From: a virus
Direction: 5' to 3' (one strand)
Virus record (IMG/VR): IMGVR_UViG_3300021956_000014
DNA: 64,000 bases
The translations under genes and the position numbers were made by a program. Positions 63,533-64,000 of this stretch are shown piece by piece (positions within the stretch are counted from its first letter, which is position 1; every line of letters begins with the position of its first letter). The notes below the pieces were generated by a model. That model was not told the origin of the DNA and ran no database searches. It was given only the letters and a program-made list of their open reading frames with translations.

Positions 63533-63910
63533 TTAATTTTCGGTAAAAATTTGTTTGATTTTCCGAAATGATGCATTGGTTTTAGTTTCTGGATCTATTA
63601 CCACTAGACAATATGTCCACCGTTCAGCGCCCGGCGTATAGATATTATGGGGGATACCTACTTGCACAATACTAGGGTTTGCTACAGCTGAGGTATAAAT
63701 GAGTTCTACTTCATTTTCGTTATATCTTTTATACGAACTGCCTGTTGCGGCGCCGGTTAGGTGTTCTTTGGGTATTTTGTTCAGCAGTTTGTACCACTTC
63801 ATTACACTACCCTCTCCACCAAATACCCAATTAATTTTTGCCCTATCTCCGTTTTGATTATCTACGTGAATGGGCATATGGTGCTCTATGCCTGCTGGGT
63901 AGTAAAACAA
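63533..63910 (-). CDS. putative cupin/2OG-Fe(II) oxygenase-like protein
   Basis: 125 aa; HMPIHVD (HxD) and later GIPHNIY His. Confidence 0.35.
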   Translation of the reverse strand: MFYYPAGIEHHMPIHVDNQNGDRAKINWVFGGEGSVMKWYKLLNKIPKEHLTGAATGSSYKRYNENEVELIYTSAVANPSIVQVGIPHNIYTPGAERWTYCLVVIDPETKTNASFRKIKQIFTEN

Positions 63911-64000
63911 TTCAGCTCTGTAAGCATATAAGTTCTTAGCTTTTAATTTATCAAGCCAGTAGGGATTTATTGCCGCAAGATCTATGTCGACGTGACAAAT

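Noticed and set aside
1-64000. Search for tRNA genes, integrase/att sites, transposases, CRISPR
   Set aside because: No T-loop-like GTTCGAATC/GTTCAAATC contexts with cloverleaf potential were seen in intergenic regions, and no integrase or transposase motifs. The window appears to be lytic-phage core sequence rather than a prophage junction.

Overview
This 64 kb window looks like one contiguous piece of a large tailed dsDNA phage genome, roughly 90% coding and about 45% GC by eye. Almost every gene is on the minus strand. I see no rRNA, tRNA, CRISPR array, integrase or transposase.

Core phage functions, all called from motifs I can read in the translations:
- Replication and nucleotide metabolism: a gp44/RFC-like clamp loader, ATP-dependent DNA ligase, PhoH, MazG, a 5'(3')-deoxyribonucleotidase-like HAD protein, and a calcineurin-like phosphoesterase.
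- Lysis cassette: a GH19 endolysin followed by Rz-like and lipoprotein spanin candidates.
- Tail-fibre module of about 11 kb: Ig-like repeats, a collagen-like G-X-Y fibre, and giant fibres with tandem 120-nt repeats.

Auxiliary genes are unusually numerous:
- Chaperone set: ClpA (with a ClpP-docking IGF loop), a DnaJ/CbpA homologue and a GroES/gp31-like co-chaperonin.
- Redox and iron set: Dps, a Fe/Mn superoxide dismutase homologue, IscA/ErpA and a zinc-ADH-family quinone oxidoreductase.
- Bacterial translation initiation factor IF-1.
- Two TctC/Bug-family periplasmic solute-binding proteins.
- Two radical-SAM proteins and several cupin or 2OG-oxygenase-like proteins.
- An SPFH/HflK-like lipoprotein.
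- A Lom/OmpX-like outer-membrane beta-barrel with its own promoter and terminator.

The strongest novelty candidates:
- A tandem array of about ten small paralogous genes (50.8-53.05 kb) sharing a C-terminal motif [DE][DE]A-T/L-x-F-x-L-[RK]-[WY]-[AS].
- A repeated promoter/RBS cassette (TTGAC-N17-TA[TC]AAT ... AAAGGAGCC ... ATG) found three times upstream of small early-type genes.
- Several perfect-consensus sigma70-like promoters, some placed so close to start codons that leaderless transcripts are implied.
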